Shown here one piece after another: positions 18,952 through 30,700 of a stretch of 64,000 bases of DNA. A program made the translations under genes and the position numbers. Origin of the DNA: Lingula anatina. Its lineage: Eukaryota > Animalia > Brachiopoda. The notes below the pieces were generated by a model that was given only the letters and a program-made list of their open reading frames with translations, did not search any database and was not told the origin of the DNA. Within the stretch, counting starts at the first letter, position 1. Each line of letters starts with the position of its first letter. The stretch lies in the NCBI GenBank assembly GCA_051362555.1, contig CM120640.1, positions 18,600,001-18,664,000 on the forward strand, given 5' to 3'.

Positions 18952-21900
18952 TTAGGTATCGTGCATGTTTAAAATACACTGATCTGAAACGAGAAGAAAC
19001 AGTAAGACTAAGACCAGCAAGGAGGGCAGCTACTGTGTATATGTAATAGTTGTTGCTATGAAAATCAGAGATTTTGGAATTTGAATGAAATTGAAATATC
19101 AAATAGGCATAACAGTGACTTTAAGTTTTCTAGCAAGTTATTAAGAAACTTTTGATACACATCTGGGATAGCGCTAACACTCACCAAATTAGCCAAATGC
19201 TAAAACTGACTTAAACTGGCTAAACAAAAAAAAAAGGGTTGATTTGACTTGTTTTTGTCAAATTTAAACCATTTAGAGAAAAAAAAGTGATGAAACAGTG
19301 GCAATTTGGCTTAGTGAAAAAATTGCTAGTGCTACCCCAGCACATGATATGTAAAATCTATTACCTGCCAACTTCAAAATCTCCTGCCTCTCTGTGAGGT
19401 TCTCCTGTAGTGTTTCCATCAGTAAAAAGTAGCGGAACAAGGTATCTCGGGGCCAGATGGTATCTATGGGATTCTTGCACAATGTTTCCATGTTCTCTAA
19501 CACTGTGGCCTGCCAGGCTGTAAAATATTTCATATTAAAGAAATTTGAAATACAAATTTATCTCTACAAGTAGATATCTTAAATTCTTTCATGCGTGGCA
19601 GTAAATTAAAATTTTCAGTGCAAAGTAACCACCCTGAGCTTCAGAGATAACTTGACACTAACCTCTTCACGATAGCCTATCTTCATCATGTCAAGTTACC
19701 TCTGACCACATTCGATTGCCCGCACCGCCTGCCAATCAAATTTGAAGCCCGCCCTCAATGACTCATTGAATGATCTAGCCAATGAACGCGAACGAGTCAA
19801 AGCGCGCTTTGTTCAAATCCGGACCAATCAAAGATAAGGCTGAATATCAGGGACTTGCTGTAACCTGTGAACAGTACGTAAAATACATCATCTGTCATCA
19901 TCCCTCAGTAGATAATGATGCAGGGCTTCAAACTGCTCTAATTTCAATTCCGATATACTCATATTTTGCAAAGAATCAAGAGATAACTTTACACCAGGGT
20001 TCTGCCAAGGTCTCAAAAAAGGGGGGAGAATTCTCCCCTCTGAGCTTAAAAGTTGGGGAGATTTTGAGAAATAGTGGGAGATCAGGAAAAATGATATTTT
20101 ACGTAAAAACATACACTGCTAGTCTGTACTGGTATTTTATTAAAGTTCACAAACTGAACTGATTCAACTTTGAAAGTAACTTTACATAGGCTGTATGTAT
20201 ATACAGTTGCAAATGATTTTTTTATAAAGCATCTGCCTCATTATCATAGCGGAGCCAAGAATAATCTCTTAACCAATCGTGTTGAAATTTCTGTGGCACT
20301 ACTTTCGGTTTCTTTCTTTCAGGCCCTTCGATGGTATTTGGTCTGCAGACCTAAAATTAAAGAAAAGTTAAAATTTTTCCTACTTACAAACTTGTAATTT
20401 CTGGAACCAGACACCACAATCCAAAATAATTTTTAGGTTTTGATGATTAATCATGACTTAATTAACACTTTTATCAGGAAAAATTGAATAATAGTGTTTG
20501 GGAAGGACATTTTTATCTTTGATTTATCGTTTTCACAATATTGACTACTTTTTAAAATAAAGGCTAAGGTAAAAAAATATAGGTCACACATTTGGTTGAG
20601 TGCATTCTATGAAAATATCCTTGATTAGGAGGCCCTAACTTTTTTTTTTCAAATTACTAATTAGTATCCTCACACACATATACAGCGGAATAAACATATC
20701 AGAAACAGGCCTCCTTACTTCTTCATTAAAGTTAAACATTTCCTTTTTTTCAAATTTTTATTCTCACACACACACATATATATACACTATAGAGTGATAG
20801 GAATAAACATGTCAAAAACGGGCCTCCTTACTTTTTTAACTGCTTTTTCATATTATCATACTCACATAGGAGGAATAAACATCAAAAACGGACCTAAACT
20901 TCTTTTTCATATTATCATACTCAAGTAGGAGGAATAAACATATCAGAAACGGGACCCGTCATTTTTTAACGTTTTTTTTTTTTTTTCAATTTTCATACTC
21001 ACATATAGAGGAATAAACGTATCAAAAACGGGCCTATTACCTTTTTTTTTTACTTTCTTTCACATTTTCAAACGAAGTGTCAAGTGTCCTTCCAAACCGT
21101 AAAATAAAAATGCCACGGAATGAACATACCTTTATCGTCGACGAACTGTCAGTTTCATCTGGAGTCGCAACTTCAGAAATTTGTTTCTTCCTTTTCTCAG
21201 ACTTGTCAGGCGGAGAGACGGATTCATCTGAGGGGGGATTAACAGGAGTCTGACCTGATTTTTCACCGCTTGCCGAAGACTTTGGCATAAAGCTTAAAAT
21301 CGATCTCTGTTTTTTAACTTTCGCTTTCGACGAGGAATCCGCCATTTTAACCACGCTTCATCAGGCTGAATATCACTGTCACGCCGTCTATAATTGGTTG
21401 ACTATCCCGCGAAATGAGAGAACCGCTCAATCGCTCAACTAACTTTAGTGCAGCGGAGTCACACGAGGATTGCCGATTGGACTGTAGTCATGAAGAGGTA
21501 CTATTGATATTACGACAACAAATGACGACGCTGCTTGAAACGATCTTTTACGAGGGTACATCGGAAACGTCGCAATATGACGACGTTAGCTACACTGTGT
21601 TAACAAGTCAATGCAGCGGACGATGCGAAGAAATTTATACCGGTGATGATTATTTAGATAAACAATTTTAGACGCCACTCTCAATGTGTCTTTTATCATC
21701 TCAAGAACAATGATAGCACCCCCACTCGGTTTGTATGCGAGAATTTTCGCATCTTTGGTAATTTTTGTGCGAGAATTTTATTTTTTTGGCGAGAATCTCG
21801 CAGAATCGCGGCCTCGGCAGAACCCTGCAAGTTTACACATTCTTTTACGTAGTCACTTGTAGGAGAGGCCATGCTTTCTTTGTGTACGTTTATGCACTCG

Positions 21901-24900
21901 GAACTACTCAGATGTCTCCGCACTCGACAATAACTTTGTTGTTAGTATGGAGCTTGCGGAATCAGCCGAGGAGTGCCGATTGACGGTAATGCGGACGCAA
22001 CGAAATACAATTTTCTCGTTGGACATAATTCTGGATTTTCAACCAATCAGCGTTTTCACCAAACTTTGGTGAAAAATTTTGAAACATGGATTCGATTGGC
22101 TTATATAAACTAGGTCAAACTATTTTCGTCAGAGGTAACTTGACACGATGAAGATAGGCTATAGTGAAGAGGTTAGTGTCAAGTTATCTCTGAAGCTCAG
22201 GGTGAAAGTAACAGTAAAAAGCATTATTTAAACCTTTACATGGCTAATTATTTCTGGCAAACTTAAAACAGTCAAGAAAATAGTTCTTTATATTTACCTG
22301 AATTCATAGTTCTTAATCATATAGGAATATTGCCTTTAACTTAACATGATTTGTTGGAATAATATAATATATCCTTACTCTTTGTACTTCTGTCACCTGC
22401 TATAAACTGCTTGCTGAGAGCATTGCTGAGTTCCTTGTATTCTAGTTGCATATCTTTTGTTTTTCCACTTGAGAAGAAAAAAGAAATTCCACGTGAATGG
22501 TTTTCAAATTTAACATTGCAAAATACTCTCAGTCTGCCTCTTTTTAATGTACAGGATAGATAAGGAAGTGGATGACTTTTAATTCTAAATAAACTCTGTG
22601 ACACAGCTTTTTATTTCTGTAAAACCATCAACATAAGCAGAATCCCAGCTATACATACTCATCCTTTGGCTTCAAGGTGTCCCCTGGTGTCTGAGTTTCA
22701 TCAGTAGATGACAACTTTGATTGGGATATCACAGCATGTGCTTGATCTCTGAAAGAAATGTTTTCTATAACTCATAATTACAAATTATCTTTAATCTGGC
22801 CAATTTGCTAATTATGAATAACATTTTTAAAATTGTATAATGTAATAATGCAACTGAAAGCTTTGTTGTAGCTGCCCCCATAAATAAAAATTACCATAAA
22901 TACAAAAATGACAATTTCAACATCCAACAGTTTGTTATTACATTATCAGTATGACTTACCATTAAATACTAACCTTTAAATATCATTTAATACTAACCTT
23001 TGCCCTTTTAATAACTGGTCTTGTTTTTCCAACTCTTCATTTAGTTTTTCAATTTTCTCGTTCTGTTGTTTTAGCTCTTCAATTTCTAGCACTTCGTTAA
23101 ACAAGTCATTCCTTATACTTTGGAAATTGTTGACTGAAATAAAAAATAAATTATGAAATGCAATAGTCTTGAACATTACATGAACTATGCTACAGCAATA
23201 TCTTCTACAAAGATCAGATTGTAATAGCAAAAACTTGTTATATTGCACTAAAATTTTAAGAACAATTTCAATAACTATTAATTTTCTTTAAATCAAAATC
23301 AGATCAATGACATATGTTTGAAGACAGGAAAAAAGAATGATTCCATGATTTTTTTCCAGTTCTGAACTCGCAGATGAACCAAACTGTAACTCTAAAATTA
23401 AAAGTAAATGCTAGACAAGATCAAGGCAGGGAGAAACTAGCACTTTTGTCTATTTACCCATAATGCCAACAAAAATGTTCCTGAAAATAAAGGATCCAAT
23501 GCAAATCCACAATATGATGTAGAAGCCAGAAAACATGGGATCTACCACTTGCGTCACATCTTTATATATGTCATGCCAGTGGTCCAAAGTTAACAGTTGA
23601 AAAAGAGTGGTTAACGCTGCCAGCAGGCTGCTGCAATAAAGAAAAATAAATCTTGATTAAAAAAAATTGATAAGCATCAATACTTATAAACATAAGCATA
23701 ATTAAGAGACTGAAAGATACCATACTAATCTGAATGCTAATATGAACTTCTCTAAACAGATAAAGTGAAAATGCTTTTGTGTTCCATAGAATAAAAAATA
23801 AAATAGAAATACAAAAACTATAATAATAAATGAATAAAATTAGCACACATTTTCCATACCTGAAGCTCGATTTATACAGCAAATCAGTTCTGTTTGACTG
23901 GGAATGCTGGTCAAAGAAGATCACGCCTGCTATGGCAAATATATAGGCAAAAATAGACAAGAGCAGCAAAATGAACATCATGGACTGAAAAAAAAAATCA
24001 GTAAAAATTCCAATTAGAATAAACACATTGCCAACAATTTGCCAAATTAGTACATAATACAATATTGTCCAGCCTTTGATTTAGTTATAGTACATAGGTA
24101 CCATAGCCCTGTAAGGCTGTTACAAAAAGTAAAGACCAAATCACGGTCTTTAGTTAAATTATAATTGTCCAACAATGTAAAAGATGTCTTTCATGCTGGT
24201 TATTAATTTTCTTTAAATTTTTTTCAATAAAAGTGTCTTACCTGAAAGGCCTTAGCAACTGCAAGTGCAATTAAACGTACTTGTCTAAAACGTGAAACCA
24301 TTTTCAAGGATCTGAGAATTCTGAAAACTCTCAAATTATCAGCAATTACACTAAGTTCTGAGGTTACAGAGTCATTCTTAACTGGAGAGGTCCACTTCAT
24401 TATCTCTGGGATGAAAGACTGGAAATGGAAGAAAATGTTCATGTAATGCCATGACAGGATTTTCTGATTTTAACATTGTCACAAATTAATAAATATCTTC
24501 CTTATTTTAAGTTTCATCTGTGAGTATGACCTTTTAAGCATGTTTATATTCAAACTGTTATATCTATATTGGTCTATTTAAATAAAATTAAAATCATATA
24601 CTGTTTGTATACTGTATTATACACATACCAAGAAGGTAACCAAGAAGTCAAATATGTTCCATCCATTTTGCCAAAATGTAATAAAATCATCAATCCACTT
24701 GAGAAAAATCTCCAAAGCAAACACAAATAGAGATACATAGTCAAATATATCTAGAATGGTACGTAGGTGTTTGACATCAGGAGAGTTGTTTTCACTTATC
24801 TCTGAAAAAGGCAAAATTTCATTTCAATACACGATTACCACATCATGCCTTTTTGCACAGCATACTAAATAATGTATTTATTGTTATAGTAGCATTAACT

Positions 24901-26380
24901 GAATAACTTTGTGAACATTTAATTAAATATTAAACTGGATTTATTCAGTGCACAGAAAAAAGTGATATTCATACATGGAAAATTGTAAAATCACAGGAAT
25001 GGATAAAACAGTATAATAAAATACATAAATATTACCTGCTTGTACTCCCAAGACAACAGTGTTAAGCAAAATAATTCCCAAAATTGTATTCTGGAACCAA
25101 GAACCTGAATGGCAGTCAAGGAAATATAGCACTTTATTACATCACCAAAGTCTATTTCTTTTCTTATCTAAACAAACAATCTGGATTTTGTATAAATATT
25201 TTCTATATTGTTATATGTTATCAGTAAACTATAAATAAGATATCTCCCACAGTTTCTTAACACAAATAAAAGAATTAAACTCCAAATTACAATTTACACA
25301 CTTCATATTTGTGAACATCAGCATATTGAAAAGAATCAATATTATTATCTTGTTGAAAAGGATATTTTCAACAATCCAGTCTGCCCACATGTTCAAAGGT
25401 GGGTTCTTTGTATTTTTATTGACCAGCCTATTCCTCCTTCTGTCCGTTTTGCTGAGAACCACTTTATCTTTGCTTGAATACACTTGAAAGCGAACCAGTC
25501 CAGTAGGATTCTCAAACAAAATCTTCTTAAATTTAAGAGGATCTAAGAAAAATCGAATCATAAATTGAACGTGAACCACTGACAATGAAGAGAGGAGGGT
25601 GATGAAAGCCTCCTTTACACTGGATGGCACCCTTTCTGCGTCCCATAGTATGGCCCAGTCTGAGAGTAAAAAAATAATACTTTACATGCCAACAACTAGC
25701 CAAGCATTGAGAATTCATTCTGCAACCAAAGCAATGCTTGTGGCTCCTTTCTACCACCACAGCAATACCAGTTTCATGGTCACACAAAGGACGCCATCCA
25801 GTGTAAAAGAGGTTGAAGCAAAAAAAAAAAAAAAGGATTTTTTAGAGTTTTTACCTGTGCCCTTCCCAACTTCACCTTATTCACACATCTAAATGTTCAA
25901 AACCACATGAATTCTTATTACCAGTACTTTGCCCAGAAAAAATTCACTATATATTTCTTTCTTTCTTGTATGGCCTCCAATTTCAGTTTCTCAAAGTTCA
26001 AATGTTTAATCCATAGCACACATAATGATTATCAATCACAAATTTGCTGTATCCTGGTGCAATAAAAAATTAAAGGTCATTTCAAACTAGCAGCAATGAG
26101 CATCAGTAGAAAACATTCAATGCCTACACAAATATTAAACAGACATTTAGTTTTACATTTACTTTTAAACTATTCAAGTAAATGTACAATGTTTACATGT
26201 AGCTTATCTTTACAAAGAATAAAATGATAAGCAAAACCAACCTGAAGCATCTTTTGAATAATATTTTGGAGCTTCAATCTTTCCTCTTTCATCCATTCCA
26301 TCCAACAAATGAAAGTCTTCAATGAGTTTTGAGCGAAATATTTCTGCCCGATGTGATACAAGATCAAGTTCTCCAGACAT
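18952..26380 (-). CDS. CATSPER2: Cation channel sperm-associated protein 2
   Basis: Exons (minus strand) 26380-26242, 25542-25366, 25104-25036, 24801-24629, 24418-24242, 23984-23860, 23630-23458, 23133-22998, 22748-22659, 22467-22379, 19517-19365, 18983-18952. Motifs: RAEIFRSKLIEDF, S3 WNIFDFLVT, S4 LRVFRILRSLKMVSRF, pore FQLLTLDHW, S6-VNNFQSIR, C-terminal WPRDTLFRYFLLMETLQENL. Confidence 0.92.
20222..21345 (-). pseudogene. Truncated hAT (ZNF862/TTF-zinc-finger-type) transposase N-terminus, two exons
   Basis: Exon 21345-21130 (MADSSSKAKVKKQRSILSFMPK..., PIP-box-like) joins in phase 0 to the exon starting at 20350 (VCRPNT...KFQHDWLRDYSWLRYDNEADAL*). It stops where the CxxC of a TTF finger would begin. 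Confidence 0.7.
20625..21045. repeat. Degenerate tandem repeat (about 5 copies, ~60-140 bp spacing) in the transposase intron
   Basis: Recurring GGAATAAACATATCA(G/A)AAACGGGCCTCCTTAC core at ~20687, 20800, 20872, 20931 and 21010. Confidence 0.8.
25105..25365 (-). other. U12-type (minor spliceosome) intron with AT-AG termini in CATSPER2
   Basis: 5' splice site ATATCCTTT at 25365-25357 and branch point TTCCTTGAC at 25123-25115, about 11 nt from the CAG acceptor. Splicing restores the frame WIVE-S-SWFQN. Confidence 0.85.
25607..25814. mobile_element. MITE with ~40-bp imperfect TIRs (PIF/Harbinger-like ends)
   Basis: AGCCTCCTTTACACTGGATGGCACCCTTT...CCAT versus ATGGTCACACAAAGGACGCCATCCAGTGTAAAAGAGGTT. 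Superfamily assignment is an inference. Confidence 0.65.
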
Positions 26381-26645
26381 GATTACTGTAATCAGTGCCA
26401 AACAAATTATAAGATGTTGTCTACATACAAATACCATATGCACACTCAACTTATCTCAGCTATTCAGTAGTGTTAGTACTTACATTTGTGAGTGACAGCA
26501 CATACAGCCACGAGAGTTTCTAACACAGGGTGTTATGAGGCATGATTTGTGTAGCATGTGGGACCAAAAACTGAGGCAATGTTAAGTGTCACCTGTATAT
26601 ATTAATTATTATGACGTATATATTAATTATTATGACGTATATATC

Positions 26646-26656
26646 CAGGCCCCTAG

Positions 26657-26690
<34 letters not shown>

Positions 26691-26841
26691 TCGGGGGGTT
26701 CGAAAGAACCGCCCTTTTTGCTGGACCTTTTTCCATAAAAACTTCATGTACCTAGATCAAATTTTACCCAGAGTGGACTTTTTCCCAGCAAAAGGGGTGG
26801 TTCTTTCTAACCCCCAGAAACACCCCCCACCCCCCCGGCTA
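26646..26841. mobile_element. G/C-run MITE-like insertion
   Basis: CAGGCCCCTAGCCGGGGG... and ...CCCCCCGGCTA form inverted ends. GC-rich island in an AT-rich intron; explains the spurious poly-Gly ORF. Confidence 0.55.
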
Positions 26842-27240
26842 TTAAAATCAAATGTATCCTAATGATATACACTTACTTGATAAAAGTTACTTTGAAAAGT
26901 TCTAAAATTCCATTGGTTTTTGAAAATATGTATTCCTAGTCTACCCTAAACGTTTGTATCTAACTTTACAAATTCAGGCATTTAAAAACGCCGCCATACC
27001 AATGAATATTTGTTGGCAAGAAAGAATAGCCTCGTTTTAAGCAACACAATACGAGATATTTTTTTTAGAACGAGTCTATCAGGCGGATAAATATAACAGA
27101 TCTCGTTTAAATGAGAATAAAATGAACGATATAATTTTCAGGATTTAGATTAAAAGAATAGATCTACACTTATTCTAAAAATGTATGGATAGCAATAATT
27201 TGCTTTAATGGATTTATGAAATATCTAGGTGCAGTAGCGA

Positions 27241-27264
27241 TGACGTCACGATAGGGGATTTCCC
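27241..27264 (+). promoter_or_regulatory. Adjacent CRE (TGACGTCA) and NF-kB-type site (GGGGATTTCC) in the CATSPER2/MALT1 divergent promoter
   Basis: Consensus motifs at 27241-27248 and 27254-27263, just upstream of the putative MALT1 non-coding exon ending at 27348 (CAG|GTTTGT). Confidence 0.6.
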
Positions 27265-27728
27265 TGTTAGATTTATTTCCTTGTTGAGTGTAGAGAAAGA
27301 AGCAAGAAGATGTAATCTAGATCAGTCCAGTGGTGGTGTTTAATACAGGTTTGTTGTTTGGATATCTTTGGATATCTTTAAAGTTTAACAAGTTGAAATT
27401 GTTGATTCATAAAAGTTTTATTTATTTAAGAGAATGTAGCAAAGATCTTGTTGTGTCGCTTTGCCCGAAGTCTAGCTCGATGTTTCATGTGTGTTACGGA
27501 ATATGATATGTACTATTAATACATAGTATAGTGTAGTACATATCGCTAATAGGGGTGCTTTCGTATAAATCTTCGTGCTACCTATTTCCTTAAGTAGGAA
27601 TAATGCAGATTTAAGTGGTTCAGTAAAGTAGCATTTACATATACCCCTGCAGGTCTGAAATGCAGTTTTTTTTTCAGTTTTAAACTTATATTTTTGTGTC
27701 TTTTTTTTTTACAGTTCATGGTTCAAAT

Positions 27729-30700
27729 ATGTTTAAGAGTGAAGACAGAACATACCTTATAAAAAAGGACACTAACATCTGTGACATTGATTTTCTCATC
27801 CTTAAGAAATTATTTAATTATTTGGATGCTTCCCCATCTTCTACACAAGGATGGAGGGACCTTGTGGCAGCAATCCCAGACAGTCCATTCAGGTCCGAAA
27901 AAAAGCTTGATATTCCAATTATTATTCATAATTTGACAATGAACAAAATGTTACTTTGTTAGATAATGAACATTTTAAAATAAGTAAAATGTGAATAAAA
28001 CTGTTTGCTTTCCCTGTCTATTAAACTATGTAGAGTGTAGAGAAAGAAGCAGGAAGATGTAATCTAGATCAGACATTGAGAGAAATAACTGCAGACCAAA
28101 GAAAATGTACCTTTATAATATAACTGTTTTAATGTGACATAATAACGTCTTTAATTGTAGACCAGAGGAAGTGGAACAAATAGCAATGTGCATACATTCT
28201 CATCAGAGTCCTTCTCAGAAACTGTTACAGAGGCTTGGCACACGTGGACGCACTGTGGAACAATTAGTGTCCTATCTGTGGGCCATGAAAAATGAAAAAT
28301 GTCTGGAACTTTTGATTGCTCATGGTAAAGGCAGTGCAACATAATTGTCAATGTATCACATAGTATTAAAAATATGAATAGATTAAAAATTGTTGTGGAA
28401 AAATTTGTTCTCTTTTTTTGTAAGGGCATGATTGTGTACGAGTGTTCATTTGAAAAACACATTGGATTTTTCTAAAATATTCTTGAAGGGGGCTGGATGT
28501 ATGCCTACTTGTTAAGACAAACATTTTCAATGAAATACAGGAGTTTACTGGTATATCTAAATGTGCTTTTGTTTTTCCTGTGCACACTGTTAATTCACAT
28601 CAGTGCTGTTGACTTTTCAGAACCTGTGAAGATTTGCAAGGAACCAGTGGCCAGTGTAGTTCTTGAGGAAGGTGATACGCTCACACTGGAGTGTGAAGCT
28701 ACTGGGTTTCCTTTTCCTCGGTATCAGTGGTTTAACGGACAAGCTGAAGTATTGAGTGGAAGTGTATCTCTCCTGCGTATTCCTGCCATAAAGTATGATG
28801 ATAAGTATTAAAGATACCACAAGTCATCAAGATGAATGTGATGTACACGAGTGGGAAACAGGAGTGGATGTCACATACATCTTACTGACTAGTGGTCTAT
28901 CTGACTTGTACTGCAGTGGATGTCAAGAACAAGAGACCCAGATATGGTATGTGAGTTGCAGTCTGTGCCAAATACTTTTGAAGTAACAGGCTTTCCAGAC
29001 CACCAGGGTCTGAGACTATACTGGCCTGAACCAATATTCACTGGCCTGAGTTCAATTTAGAAAAAAGTTTTAAAAAATTACTTAAATAAACACATTGAGG
29101 TTAATTTCTATTACAAATAAGAACAAAAAGTGGGCTTTTCAAAAGGTTATTAGAAAAAAGAGTTCAACATTTAGCATGAATGAATTGGAGTTCATGTTAT
29201 AGCTGTAAAAAATCCACTGGCCAAATCAGGTCAGTAATATTTGCAGAAATTTCCCTGGCCATGTCCAATATTCACTGACATTGACAGTCAGGCCAGTGGT
29301 TGATGTTGCAGACTGGAGATATACCACATCTTTATATTTTGTTTTACACAACCCCTGTGGTTTAATGTTTTTTATAATATAAAAAGTAGGAAAGTGGTTT
29401 TGTTGTTTTTATAAGAATATTAGTTCACATGCATAAAGTGGATTACTTAAATGGAAAAAAGTGGAAATTTATGATGAAGTTAGTTATTTGTTTGCATTCA
29501 ACTGCATATTGTATAGTTGTAAAGAAAATAACATTTTTTACGTATTTCAGATTGAGAGACAAAGGGCGATATGTCTGCAGAGTTCATAACCGTGGGAATG
29601 AAGGTGTATGTTTTTCCAAGCCTGCAATGGTTCAAGTTAAGCCTTGCAATTACAATCAAGGTAGGATAGTTTGTTCTGGTCATATGGTTTTAAAAGACAA
29701 ATTTGGACTAAATATAGGTTTAAAGACTTAATTGATATGACAGAGAGCATTATAATCCATGTCTTATTTTGCAAATAATGTTGTCAAGAATTTTAGTGTT
29801 TGTTTTTTTTAATATTACATTAGTACATAAATTTCTTTGAAGATGCTATTTAATTGGGGTACAACCCATCGATTAAATCTGTGCTGCATAATGTACAGTT
29901 TTATTATCCCCTCCAAAGATCAAGGATGCGAAAATTTGTACTCTCAGACACCCACTGAGTCTTATGTAACACCACTTCATCCTAATGCACCATACATAGC
30001 TCGACAACCGGAACTGAATGACAACAGGGTAAGTTTTACTCTTGAGGAAAAGTTTGATGAAGTTAACAAATAGATTGTGAAATAAACTTATAGTTTTGTA
30101 ATTATATATCAAAGCAGCTTACTCATAGATCATTTGGCTAAAAAATGGGCTTGCTTTTTGGGTTTCAAAATGTGTAAGGTGGAAGCTATATAAAATTGTG
30201 TGACATTTTATCTTTTGTTATTTGTATTGACTTTTTCTATGTGTTGGTAATTAATAATAAGATGTATTTGCAGAAAATCTTGCAATGATAAGTTGACAAA
30301 GATAAGTTGACATATTCCTTTCAATTATTTTTAACTTCAGATTATAGCAGGGAAACCATTTGAAATAGTCTGTGATGCCAGTGGACAAACGCCTCTTAAG
30401 TACCAGTGGTATAGAAATGGCCAGCCTCTTCATGTGGAAACTGGAATGAGATTTTATGTCAGTCTTCACAACATTTTCATTCCTCAGTAATTTGTATGAT
30501 AATGTGGAATATACTAGTGTCAAAATCTGCCTCCCCCAAAAGTTTAAATAAGTTTAATATTTGAATTAACAACTGTAACCTAGATATGTACCTCTAGAAT
30601 GAAACTTTCAAAGAAACACAAAAATATATGATTTGACCAAAAAAAAAAGCTTTTTGAGATGTTATAGACATGCAGTTTCACAGTTTTAATTCGTTAAATG

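Larger units (their letters stand above)
19995..21827 (-). mobile_element. Internally deleted hAT-like transposon nested in the element above
   Basis: Short TIRs CAGGGTTCTGCC(A/G)AGG at both ends, with related subterminal GAGAATT palindromes. Degenerate TSD: CTTTACAC on the left, caa-GTTTACAC on the right. Contains the 5' part of a spliced transposase-like gene. Confidence 0.75.
19630..22204. mobile_element. Non-autonomous DNA transposon with ~77-bp TIRs and a perfect 8-bp TSD
   Basis: TIR CACCCTGAGCTTCAGAGATAACTTGACACTAACC... at 19630, and its reverse complement ending at 22204. AAAGTAAC is duplicated at 19622-19629 and 22205-22212. Lies in a CATSPER2 intron. Confidence 0.92.

Noticed and set aside
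26611-26862. Poly-Gly ORF
   Set aside because: Arises from the G-run of a MITE-like insertion.
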